This document shows, one piece after another, positions 32,892-42,700 of a DNA stretch of 64,000 nt; the stretch's first letter is position 1, and the number at the start of each line of letters is the position of its first letter. Location: the NCBI RefSeq assembly GCF_964204645.1, contig NC_134031.1, positions 11,968,088 to 12,032,087 of the forward strand, written 5' to 3'. The stretch comes from Tubulanus polymorphus (lineage: Eukaryota; Animalia; Nemertea). The translations under genes and the position numbers were made by a program. Under the pieces are notes generated by a model. That model was not told the origin of the DNA, did no database searches, and worked only from the letters and a program-made list of their open reading frames with translations.

Positions 32892-33506
32892 TTATTTTAT
32901 AAATTTATATTCATATGGAAATTGTAATCTCATTAATAATTTTGAACCTTTATTATTCTTTAATTTATTCATATATTCATCATGTAATTCAGGAGGTATA
33001 ATTTGATTTTCTTCCAATGATTGTTGCATAGATTTTCTATCTTTGTTGTAGAATAAAACTAGAAATCTTATATTCTCTCTAAAATCTTTCACAATTGAAT
33101 TATATTTCTGATTTAAAACCCAAGTTGTTATCCCAAAATGTCTACCAGAGAAAGCTAAATAACATAACTCACTTTCTCTAATTTTAGAATCATGTAAATT
33201 TGCGCAATCATCAATAATAAATAATGTATTAGATCCTTTATAAATATCTAATGCAATTTTTATACAATTATCTAAATTTTCTTTTACTGTTTTAGAATTT
33301 AATATAATAAACTTTTTATCTTTAAAAACTATATCTCTATTATACGTTTCATTCATTTCATAAGTTGGGCAGAATAATATTATATTATCAAAATGATTTT
33401 TATAAATAGTTTCTAATAAATATAATATGAAGTGTGTTTTACCACAATTTGTAACTCCAGTTATTAACATATTATGTGGTTCAAATATAAACAAATCTTT
33501 ATTCAT
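32892..33506 (-). CDS. Genome packaging ATPase
   Basis: GVTNCGKT, LFIIDD, SGRH. Confidence 0.92.
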   Translation of the reverse strand: MNKDLFIFEPHNMLITGVTNCGKTHFILYLLETIYKNHFDNIILFCPTYEMNETYNRDIVFKDKKFIILNSKTVKENLDNCIKIALDIYKGSNTLFIIDDCANLHDSKIRESELCYLAFSGRHFGITTWVLNQKYNSIVKDFRENIRFLVLFYNKDRKSMQQSLEENQIIPPELHDEYMNKLKNNKGSKLLMRLQFPYEYKFIK

Positions 33507-34587
33507 TTATTCTTTTAATTTTACTAGATAAAATCCATTCATTAAATTTATCATCATATCCTTTATATTTCACCAAAGAATACTTTTTTCCTTTAAGAGT
33601 TTTTGTTTTCAATACCTTTTCTATTTTGTATTCTATTTCATCTGGGTTTGGTACAAGTGATAATTCTTGTTCATAGAAATAACCTAATATTTCTTCATCT
33701 TTTAAATCAAACAATTTATAAACAAATGGTTTAGTTAATATTATCTTTTTAATCTTGAATATTTCTTCAGTAAAATTAGGGGTGTAACCTTTATAAAATG
33801 TTTTTCTATATTTAGAAATTCTAACATGTTGTCCTATTTTAAATTTAGGTTCTCCAAAATCATGTGTAACAAATGCTCCATATAAATTATTCCAAACTAT
33901 TTCTGAATTTTCTTCTTTTCTAGCTTGTATAGGTTTCATATTTATAGAACTATGTTTAGAATTATTATAACCTTTCACTAAATCATCTAACACATCGATA
34001 TATTTATATGTTTCATTAGCAGTAAAATATTTCCACATTCTAGTTTTCAATGTTTTATTAAATCTTTCTATAACAGATGCTTTTTTATCTGAATGTGTTG
34101 AAAAATATTCTACATCGTTATCAGTTAATAGTTTTTTGAAATGTTTGTTATAAAATTCCTTACCTTCATCAAATTGTATTTTATCTGGGATAGCTTCTTT
34201 AAATATTAATTTGAAAGAATTTGTAACTTCTATTCCAGTTTTATTTTTGATTGGAATTGACCATGCGTATCGACTGAATATATCTATAACATTTAGTATC
34301 CAAAAATATCCTTTGTTATATTCTTCTAAGTTTTTCATGTCAATTAAATCAGCTTGCCATTGTTGGTCAATATATGAAACCATTACTTTTCTTGTTAAAT
34401 ATTTTTTATCCATCTTTTTATGAATTTGATATGTGGGTTGATTTTGTAACCATGATTTTAATTCACTATATTTCATTTTTTCTTTATCAGATTTAATTTT
34501 ATCCCATAATTCCGAAACACTTGAATATGAAACTTCACTTTCTGGGTTATAATATAACGCTCTTAAATATTGTTCTTTTTTCATCAT
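33499..34587 (-). CDS. rve integrase with chromodomain
   Basis: WQADLIDM, IQFDEGKEF, VIERFNKTL; C-terminal chromodomain. Confidence 0.95.
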   Translation of the reverse strand: MMKKEQYLRALYYNPESEVSYSSVSELWDKIKSDKEKMKYSELKSWLQNQPTYQIHKKMDKKYLTRKVMVSYIDQQWQADLIDMKNLEEYNKGYFWILNVIDIFSRYAWSIPIKNKTGIEVTNSFKLIFKEAIPDKIQFDEGKEFYNKHFKKLLTDNDVEYFSTHSDKKASVIERFNKTLKTRMWKYFTANETYKYIDVLDDLVKGYNNSKHSSINMKPIQARKEENSEIVWNNLYGAFVTHDFGEPKFKIGQHVRISKYRKTFYKGYTPNFTEEIFKIKKIILTKPFVYKLFDLKDEEILGYFYEQELSLVPNPDEIEYKIEKVLKTKTLKGKKYSLVKYKGYDDKFNEWILSSKIKRINE

Positions 34588-34590
34588 ATT

Positions 34591-34998
34591 TTAATCCATT
34601 AATAATATTTTAGATTTATTTTCATTTGATTTATTTTCTGGTGGTTTATTGTCTGTACATGGGTAACGAAGTTTCCGTTCATCATTATCATTATCACTTT
34701 CATTATTATTAAATTTTGATTTATATATTACACCGGATAATATAATTACTGTTACTAATCCAATTGTAATATATAATTTATAATTACTTCCAGCATTAGA
34801 AGAATTAGATGGATTATTATTTGAATCAATACCACCGTGTGGGTGCTGTACGGCACCATCAGATAAAGTCTGTGATTCATTTATATCAGTTAATTTCTTT
34901 TTCTTAGCTTTTTTTAATTCTGAAGATCTTTTACCTAATTCTCTTGCCCATTTAATTTGTTTCTCGGATCTAGCCTTTTTCTTAACGCCATCACTCAT
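34591..34998 (-). CDS. Basic N-terminus, single-TM protein
   Basis: Homologue of 15081..15449. Confidence 0.7.
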   Translation of the reverse strand: MSDGVKKKARSEKQIKWARELGKRSSELKKAKKKKLTDINESQTLSDGAVQHPHGGIDSNNNPSNSSNAGSNYKLYITIGLVTVIILSGVIYKSKFNNNESDNDNDERKLRYPCTDNKPPENKSNENKSKILLMD

Positions 34999-35593
34999 TT
35001 ATTTTAGTTAATTTTTGTTCTGATTCATTTTCTGTTTCACTGTTTGGTTGTAGTACATCTGTTTCGTTCTTACCTGATTTATATTCCATAGGTTTGATAT
35101 TCGAAAATGTTATGACGCCAGTAGAAATCAATGTCATAACCGATCCTAATTGAAATGAAGCATAACCGACCCATTTTTGTAATTCAGTCATAACTAAGTA
35201 GTCATTTTTCAAATCACTATATAATTTATTTTCATCATCAATTGGTATTAACTGGTTACATAATTTTGAATAACATTTGACAATACCATCTGAAATAGAA
35301 TCATTTATTCTAGCTAATCTTGACTCTTCATAAATCTTAAAATATTTTATTACTTTTTCTTTATTCATATTATCTAATTCTTGAAAAGTTATTGTTTTAC
35401 CAATAAACTCTTTAGTTTTTCCACTCGCAATCAATAGTTCTAGATGATGCTTACAATATAAATAGTATTCATAATCTATATTGTTATTAACTTGAATAGA
35501 ATTAGAAACAACTGTATCTTTATTATCACTAATACCCAAATCATCTAATGTCTTTTCAATATCAATATTATTCTTATTAGATTTCTTTGACAT
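34991..35593 (-). CDS. Conserved hypothetical protein
   Basis: Homologue of 14543..15148. Confidence 0.75.
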   Translation of the reverse strand: MSKKSNKNNIDIEKTLDDLGISDNKDTVVSNSIQVNNNIDYEYYLYCKHHLELLIASGKTKEFIGKTITFQELDNMNKEKVIKYFKIYEESRLARINDSISDGIVKCYSKLCNQLIPIDDENKLYSDLKNDYLVMTELQKWVGYASFQLGSVMTLISTGVITFSNIKPMEYKSGKNETDVLQPNSETENESEQKLTKINE

Positions 35594-35873
35594 TTATATT
35601 AGAGGAAAAAAGCAAAAAAAAATATTATAAGTATTCTTCAAATGATACTAGCTAGTTAAAGCTAAAGAATTCTAGTATTAGTTATTGTTTTTTTAGTATT
35701 TTTTATTTGTGATATAAAGTATTCTTTTTTGAAAAGAAAATATTAAAAATATAATAGAATTCACAAGCTAGTTGAAGGTATGTAATTTTTATTATATTGT
35801 ATTTAAATTCTATTTGATATCTCACTACTTTTGTTTATCTATTAGGAGCAGTAGTTATAACTGTCCAGATAAG

Positions 35874-36548
35874 TCATTTCGGATCCTTGATATCAAATTC
35901 CTCAACGTATCGTTCATTATTTGGATTATTATTCCATTGATCAATAAATTTCTTTGCTTTTGTTAACTGTTCTGAATATAACTGTAAATCTAGTTTATTA
36001 GATTTGATTTGATTTTCTTTCTTTTCTAAAGGTCTTAAATTTTTCCAACCCCAAATAAGTTTTTTATTGTATTCATCATTCATGTTAAATTTAGATATTG
36101 GTAACACATGATCAATATGGTAATAATCCCCATAATTATCTATATTCATTTTATCATCGAATTGAAATATTATCCATGATTTGAGAAATTCATCTGAACA
36201 ACCCAATAAATTAGATAGTGTTTCTGAATGTGTTTCTTTGTTGAATAATTGTGTTAATCTAGACCGTAAACATTGTTTCAATCTAAAATTAAGATCTGTT
36301 TGATATCTTCCTCTCATATATTCTGTCATATAATCATTATAAGATTCTCTATTATCTTCTCGGTATTGTTTGGTATATAGTTTAAAACAAGTTTTGCAGC
36401 AATATTGAAAACCATCTTTGCTAGTCTTGCGCTTACTAAATTCTGTTAATGATTTATCTAATTCACATTTAGAACACTTTTTGTAATATATGTTTATAAC
36501 GCCAGTGTTATTTGTAATATTGATAATTTGTGGTTGTTCTGGTTCCAT
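35874..36548 (-). CDS. Stand-alone HNH endonuclease of a type common in large DNA viruses
   Basis: Zinc ribbon KKCSKC...CKTC, LLGCS, NYGDYYHIDHVLP, NLRPLEKKENQIKSNK. Confidence 0.82.
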   Translation of the reverse strand: MEPEQPQIINITNNTGVINIYYKKCSKCELDKSLTEFSKRKTSKDGFQYCCKTCFKLYTKQYREDNRESYNDYMTEYMRGRYQTDLNFRLKQCLRSRLTQLFNKETHSETLSNLLGCSDEFLKSWIIFQFDDKMNIDNYGDYYHIDHVLPISKFNMNDEYNKKLIWGWKNLRPLEKKENQIKSNKLDLQLYSEQLTKAKKFIDQWNNNPNNERYVEEFDIKDPK

Positions 36549-36682
36549 TTATTATACGTATTTTTTTACTAAATTGGTTAATATTTTATAATCCTCTTCC
36601 ATTTCTTCGACCAACATCATCCTTTTTCATTCCTCGCTGCTTTTGATAAGTCAGTTTCAATTCCTTGATATCTAAATAATAC

Positions 36683-37033
36683 CACTGGGCAAAACCGCTC
36701 TTATAGGAGCGCTTTTGCTTAATGCGCATGCGTTAATCATAATTATATATTCATTCTGTAAATTCTGTAAAATAGAAACGACCGACATAAAATATCAAAA
36801 CGTGTTCGCACTAAGCAAAACCGCTCTTATTGGAGCGTTTTTACTTAATACGCATGCGCTAATCATAATTATATATTCATTCTGTAAAATAGAAACAACT
36901 GAACATAGAAAATTCAAACGCATGTGCACTAGGCAAAACCGCTCTTATAGGAGCGTTTTTGATCAATGCGCATGCGCTAATCATAATTATATATTCATTC
37001 TGTAAAATAGAAACGACCGAACATAAAAATTCA
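36683..37033. repeat. Three ~120-bp tandem repeats, each with a ~30-bp imperfect palindrome
   Basis: Units start near 36683, 36809 and 36927; core GCAAAACCGCTCTTATAGGAGCGCTTTTGC followed by GCGCATGCG. Confidence 0.9.
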
Positions 37034-37120
37034 CCAATCAGATTTACACAATACATTATACAAGTATGTTCGATCGTTGTATTGACAAAATTTATAGTTT
37101 CAACTAATACATTATTTTAT

Positions 37121-37858
37121 TTATAATTCCAACCAGAACTTTTCAATTTCTGGATCATTGTCAAACATTTTTTCAATATCGTTTAAGTATTTTACTATAT
37201 CAGAAAATGACAAACTTAAAAATTGGAATCTTTTATATGTAATTAATCTCCCTACACTTCTTAATTTTCTTTCATACCCAGCACTAATACCTATATATTT
37301 TTTAACCCAAGAAGTCCAAGAAATCCCCGCAGTTTGTTTATTAAACATTAAAAATCCCCTATTTAAACAATCCCCGAAAATGATATAATCCCATAAATGC
37401 TTTGCTTTTTTAAATAACAAGGTTCTATAATTTTTTTTCAATAAAACAGTTATTTCATTAAATGATGTTACACCTTCTATTTCTTTAAAACTTACATCTT
37501 TTTCATTTGATAATTTTGATTTTAAAAACTTATTTAACTCATTTCCGCTCATTTTCTTTTTAGTTTTTGTTCCTTTTAGTCTTAACAATATTTCTACATT
37601 GGTTGTTGGTCTTTTCGGTAATGATGTTACGCTTGATTGCTGGTTTTCTATTATTTTTTCTAAAATTAATGTCATTTCTTGATGGTAATATAAATGTTTT
37701 TTAACTTCTTCTAACGTTTCATCTTCTATATCGAAAGATTCTTTTACTTCAGTACCCATTTCGGTTGGTTCATCTTCCATTTCGGTTGGTTCATCTTCCA
37801 TCTCGGTTGTCCTCTGAGAATCAAGAGTACTTCTTGATACACACGACATTTTATTCAA
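37121..37858 (-). CDS. Hypothetical protein (TEMEDEP repeats; possible helical DNA-binding C-terminal domain); first ATG at 37849
   Basis: 245-aa ORF with SWTSWVKKYIGISAGYERKL. Confidence 0.65.
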   Translation of the reverse strand: MNKMSCVSRSTLDSQRTTEMEDEPTEMEDEPTEMGTEVKESFDIEDETLEEVKKHLYYHQEMTLILEKIIENQQSSVTSLPKRPTTNVEILLRLKGTKTKKKMSGNELNKFLKSKLSNEKDVSFKEIEGVTSFNEITVLLKKNYRTLLFKKAKHLWDYIIFGDCLNRGFLMFNKQTAGISWTSWVKKYIGISAGYERKLRSVGRLITYKRFQFLSLSFSDIVKYLNDIEKMFDNDPEIEKFWLEL

Positions 37859-38340
37859 CTAAAAGATATCAGCGGTAGAACAGGAACCGCGATATTATAT
37901 GATATAAATATTTTCAAGTCTATCGTTTCTAATTATTATAACTTATTATAGTTCAAGTTATTATCTATCTAACGTAAAATAGAATTAACTGTATGAAGTT
38001 GTAGTTGTCAAAAGCACTTAAAGGTTTCATATTTAATAGCCCCAATAACTACAAAAAACAGTACTTACATTTAGATTTATAATTGTAAACTATAAACTCC
38101 TAATTTCGTTTCGAAAGATAGAATATCCTGAGCACAATGTTACAGCGTATGTCCATTTCCGGGGCGATTTCTAGAATGACACGTCGTTGATTATGCCACG
38201 TCATCTAGTTCCGGTTCTAGAATTTTCTCTACACGTTTGTAATATTATGTGTCATAATGTCTCGTCGTCATAGTAACAACTGTAACGGCTGTGAATTTAT
38301 AGATTTATTCCATAGCTCTGTACATTGAATGTATATAGGT

Positions 38341-38577
38341 TCAAATAGAATCATGTTCTAGTATAAACATCGGATCCTCAACATATTGTTCATTATTTGG
38401 ATCATTATTCCATAATTCAATAAATTTCTTTCCTTTTGTTAACTGTTCTGAATATAACTGAAAATATTCTAGTTTCAATTTATTCTCTAAATGTGTTTTA
38501 GTTTTATTGTGTCTTGCTTTTTGAGACTTATCTATATTTATCTTACATGTTGGGCAGTAGTACTTATTTGCTTCCAT
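38341..38577 (-). CDS. Chimeric ORF: PolB N-terminal 38 aa (from TIR) fused to a duplicate of the HNH C-terminus
   Basis: MEANKYYC...LKLEY is identical to PolB; QLYSEQLTKGKKFIELWNNDPNNEQYVE matches the end of ORF 35874..36548. Confidence 0.6.
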   Translation of the reverse strand: MEANKYYCPTCKINIDKSQKARHNKTKTHLENKLKLEYFQLYSEQLTKGKKFIELWNNDPNNEQYVEDPMFILEHDSI

Positions 38578-38925
38578 TCTAATACTATATTTTTTATTAA
38601 AATTGATTTTAGAAGTTCAATGATTTAAATGTTATTCATATATATATGAATATTTTAAGAGTAATAGGGGTAATAGGCTTTCGGGTTAAAGGTTGAACGG
38701 GCGGGTGAGTAAAAATGAAAAACATAAAAATAATTACAATTTCTACTTGAATTAGGAGTGAAACTCATAAAATGAAAAATAAATTCGAGCGTGTGAGAAT
38801 TTATTTTTCATTTTTATGAGTTTCGCGAGTAATTCAAGTAGAAATTGTAATTATTTTTATGTTTTTCATTTTTTACGAGCTCGACCGTTCGACCTTTGAT
38901 CTGAAAGCCTATTACCCCTATTACT
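38468..38925 (-). repeat. Right TIR of Polinton B (hairpin 38660-38925)
   Basis: Reverse complement of 20653-21110. Confidence 0.95.
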
Positions 38926-39246
38926 CACAAGCACAAGCAACAGAAAGCAAAGCGTGTCACACTTCCTAGTGCAACTTCTCAGTAGCACCGAATTAACTAA
39001 ACTAAACTACGTGGCATCAAGCGCAACAAAATATATTTGAAGCATGCAGGATCATAAACGTACCGTTGGGTGAACTTCGACTCGATTATTTGAAGTATTC
39101 GACTTCTTCGGTCAAATTCTGACGCATTCGACGTATTTTCCCCGTCGGCTTCACGCGATGATCCACGAATATGCGGTTAAGCGCTGAGGTGATGCTCCAA
39201 CTTATCGTAGAAATCTTCCTCGCTGCTTATCTTCCAAGACGCCGTG

Positions 39247-39264
39247 GCCCCACGTTGGGCGCCA
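39247..39264 (-). promoter_or_regulatory. Primer-binding site complementary to tRNA-Lys
   Basis: TGGCGCCCAACGTGGGGC on minus, 1 nt from the LTR end; the canonical tRNA-Lys1,2 PBS. Confidence 0.92.
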
Positions 39265-39265
39265 A

Positions 39266-39609
39266 TGTCGTAACCGCAAAAAAAAGCATGCGCGGGTTAC
39301 TGATTAAAGCGGCCTCGACGACTGGATTTTTCGAAGAAACAGCGACAAAATCCTCACAGTTGACTGCTCACCATCCGGGACAACAACCTGAATATTAAAT
39401 AACAAAACGAGCATGAACCATATGATCATGAAGTTTATTACATCAGGGAAGTGTCTCATCACACTTCCCTGATTACATCAACCTGATTCTCACAATGACC
39501 CGGCAAAACTGATCTGGTCAGCTCATATCAGGTGTTCCTCAGAGGGCAGCACAATACAACCATGAAGCAAGTTGAGCTAATAGCTGCAATGAAAATACTG
39601 GCTACCACA
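39266..39609 (-). repeat. 5' LTR of the Gypsy element (344 bp)
   Basis: TGTGGTAGCC...GGTTACGACA imperfect inverted termini next to the PBS. Confidence 0.8.
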
Positions 39610-39761
39610 TCGTATTGAATTGAATTGAATTGAATTGGCGAACCTGATAGATCTGAAATAGGCCTATCCCAGACCATCATTGATTTATGTTTAGTGGATT
39701 TCGGATTTTCAGGATAGGCCTAGGCCCTAATTGTCATCAAATTACACATTAGGCCTAGGTG

Positions 39762-42700
39762 ATGGCAGCTTCTTCCTACCGATTTGAGGATGGAGTTGAG
39801 AGTGCTAGCGGTGAAGAACATAATACTCCAACCCCTGGAAAGGTCAATCAAGGTAAGAAACTAATAAATGTTGTTTTCAAAAATCATGGTCATATTTAGC
39901 CTACTTCCAGGCTGGTGCGGTACAGTCGGATTTTGCCGATTTTTTCGGATTAATCGAACGATTTAACAATCTCAAAGGCACTCAAATCTTTCTCAAACCA
40001 CCCAGTCCAACGCAGAAATTCGTTAGGCTATCTTTAAGATCAATTTTACGAAGCGGATTGGATTAGGCCTATCATTAACGAAGTTACGAACTGTTGAAGT
40101 GACATAGGCCTACCTATCGACCGATCTGACGGAAAGTTGGCCCCCTTGTCTTTTTATAGGCCTATATAGTACCTAGTCTATTTCAACCTGACTTGAGAGC
40201 ATTTCGGGTGGCCTAGCTCGCTCATTTTTGGTAGTACATACTTCACCCAGTCCTGAGAATGGCCGGTTCGCGGAGCTCCGTATACTGCCTATACTAAAGA
40301 TCTCGCGTTAACCACCCACCCAGTCACGTAGTCGTTATTTTACGTCGAAATTGCGGACTGGCGCTCAGTCAGCACTTTTACCACTCAGTACTGGGCAACT
40401 ACTCATCCGATTTCAATAAATAAACTAACTACACTGACCTTATGTTGTTATCTTTTCATTGTTTACACTCTAAAGAATATATTTGAAGTTCAAGTGGCTG
40501 GAAATTGCCTCTATAAATATTTTAGTACCGCTTTTGTTGTACTAAAAAACGGTTCCTCGCGAGACTCACCCGCATGAAAAAATCAATATCTTACCAACAC
40601 AACAATAGATACCGCTCTGCGCGACTCGTGGATATTTGACAAGTCATGGAAAATCGTTTCATACACAAAATACGATGATAAAATGACTAAATAAACACAA
40701 CAGTAAGAACAAGAAAGATCAGAGGTTTGCAATGATGGTTTATTTTTTGAAATCGGTTGAATGAGAGCTGAGAAGTGATGATATAATTAGAGTTGAATTC
40801 AAAAGAATTTAAAATCGCCGCGCATATGGCTTCCGCGACTTAGTGTCAGGGGTCGCGTTAGCGATATACCACTGACACTAAGGTTCTCAGTGAAGTACAT
40901 ACCTGATAAAGGTCTAATTAGGACCAGAAAGGACAGGCAGTCAACCTAAATCATCATTTTTTAATCCATTTGAAACTGTATTGAAGGATATCCGAAAAGT
41001 CTTCATTGAGTTCCTGAGAGAAAAGAGACTCCATGATTTGAAAGTTTAACAATATGTCTCCATGCCTACCAACTGAAGTTTGATACGTAGGCATGGAACC
41101 AAATTGTTAAACTTTCAAATCATGGAGTCACTTCTCTTCATTTAACCCCTTTCAGTGAAGACTTTTTGGATATCCTTCAATACAGTTTCAAATGGATTAA
41201 AAAATGATGATTGAGGTTGACTGCCTATCCTTTCTGGTCCTAATAAGACCTTTATCAGGTATGTACCACCAAAAATTAGCGAGCTAGGCCACCGGGAATG
41301 CTCTCAAGTCAGGTTGAAATAGACATTAGGATACTGGGGTCAAAATTTTTTTTGTCAGGTCCCTGTGATTCAGACCCAAACTGTCATCAGCAATTCAGTA
41401 CACTGGTTTATTTGGCGCTATTGCACTGTCGTACCCCCCTCATAAATATTTTTATTTCAGCATATTTATTATCAGGGAGGTCTAGGGATTCAAAATCAGT
41501 AACTTTTGACCAAAAAAACTTACTTTTTCTAGGTTAAAATTTTGTCATTTTTGGCCCTAAATCGCGTGTATATTCGCCGATTCGCAACGTCAACAACGCC
41601 ATATTGGGTGTCAATCAAAGTATCTAACACTCCACTGAAATGTCATCACATTAAAACTTTGCAAAAACCATGTTATCAAACATAACCATCTCTGAAAATG
41701 AAGCGTATGTTTGCATTTTCATACTTAGCTATTGATTTAAAGATGTTCTGATGAAGAAAAGTTATTAAAAAAATTTTGTCAATTCAATTAAATTTATTGA
41801 GATATATTTATTTATATGTTTTTGGGTGGTAAATAATACGGAAACATGCCCGACCGTCGGTTTGAATCGAGAAAATCGGCCCCAAATTATCAGAATTTTG
41901 GCTTGGAAAAAATTATTTTTTTTGGTCAAAAGTAATTTATTTTGACTCTACAGACCTCCCTGATTAATAATATACAGAAATAAACATTTTTGGGAGGGGG
42001 GTATGAAAGTGCAATAGCGCCGTTTATTTTATGGTATCTACACTAGAAAGTACATTTTAGCCTGGATTTTGTCTCGAGATCGTCACTATTTTTGAACCGG
42101 ACGCCATATTGGATGGGTCAATCTAAAGTGAAGATTTATTTAGAATATTTGCTGAAACAATGTTTCATGACCCACTCATTTTGAGGAAGAAAAATATAAA
42201 TTTCTTGTCTATTTCAACGATGATATCTAGCATTAATAACCCCAGTGACAGTTGACAAAAATTTGATTAGTTTTATGTACTGATTACCCTCACATCGTTT
42301 CAGTAATAACTTAAGACACAAATCTTCACTTTAAATTTCAAATATGGCGTCCTATCGAAAGATCGTCACGATTCTGAGATAAAAACCGGGCCAAAAATCT
42401 GCTTTCAAGAAGACTATATCACAAAATAAATCACTGCATTGGATTCTGTGAGACATTCTGAAGTTAGAACAGTAATTTGTAATTCAGTAGATTGCGTCAA
42501 TCACGAGAGGGTGCGGATCTGCACTTTTACCCTCTGTTGATAATTATTATGGAAGTGGTTATTTTACTGGTTCCGGTAACCCACTTCTGAAGGATATTTT
42601 GCTGGATATCGTCCTCGCTAATTGGCTGATTAACTGCGCGCATGCGCAGAGAGGTGTGCGACTTAGATAGGTATGTTCATGTCCACGCGGGGCGGCACTA

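Larger units (their letters stand above)
20653..38925 (+). mobile_element. Polinton/Maverick-like endogenous virus, copy B, complete (18,273 bp)
   Basis: AGT...ACT termini, 458-bp TIRs, 6-bp TSD CACAAG (20647-20652 and 38926-38931), full core gene set. Confidence 0.96.
16047..39609 (-). mobile_element. Gypsy/Ty3 LTR retrotransposon (decayed), interrupted by Polinton A, a solo LTR and Polinton B
   Basis: 5' LTR, PBS, leader, gag, protease, RT/RH remnant and integrase occur in order on minus once the nested inserts are removed. Confidence 0.88.

Noticed and set aside
36683-37033. CRISPR-like array
   Set aside because: The sequence between palindromes is also repeated, so there are no unique spacers; no cas genes; eukaryotic context.
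1-38925. Bacterial prophage or contaminant
   Set aside because: Clean TSD junctions into a Gypsy element contiguous with a spliced animal gene; eukaryotic rve-chromodomain integrase.
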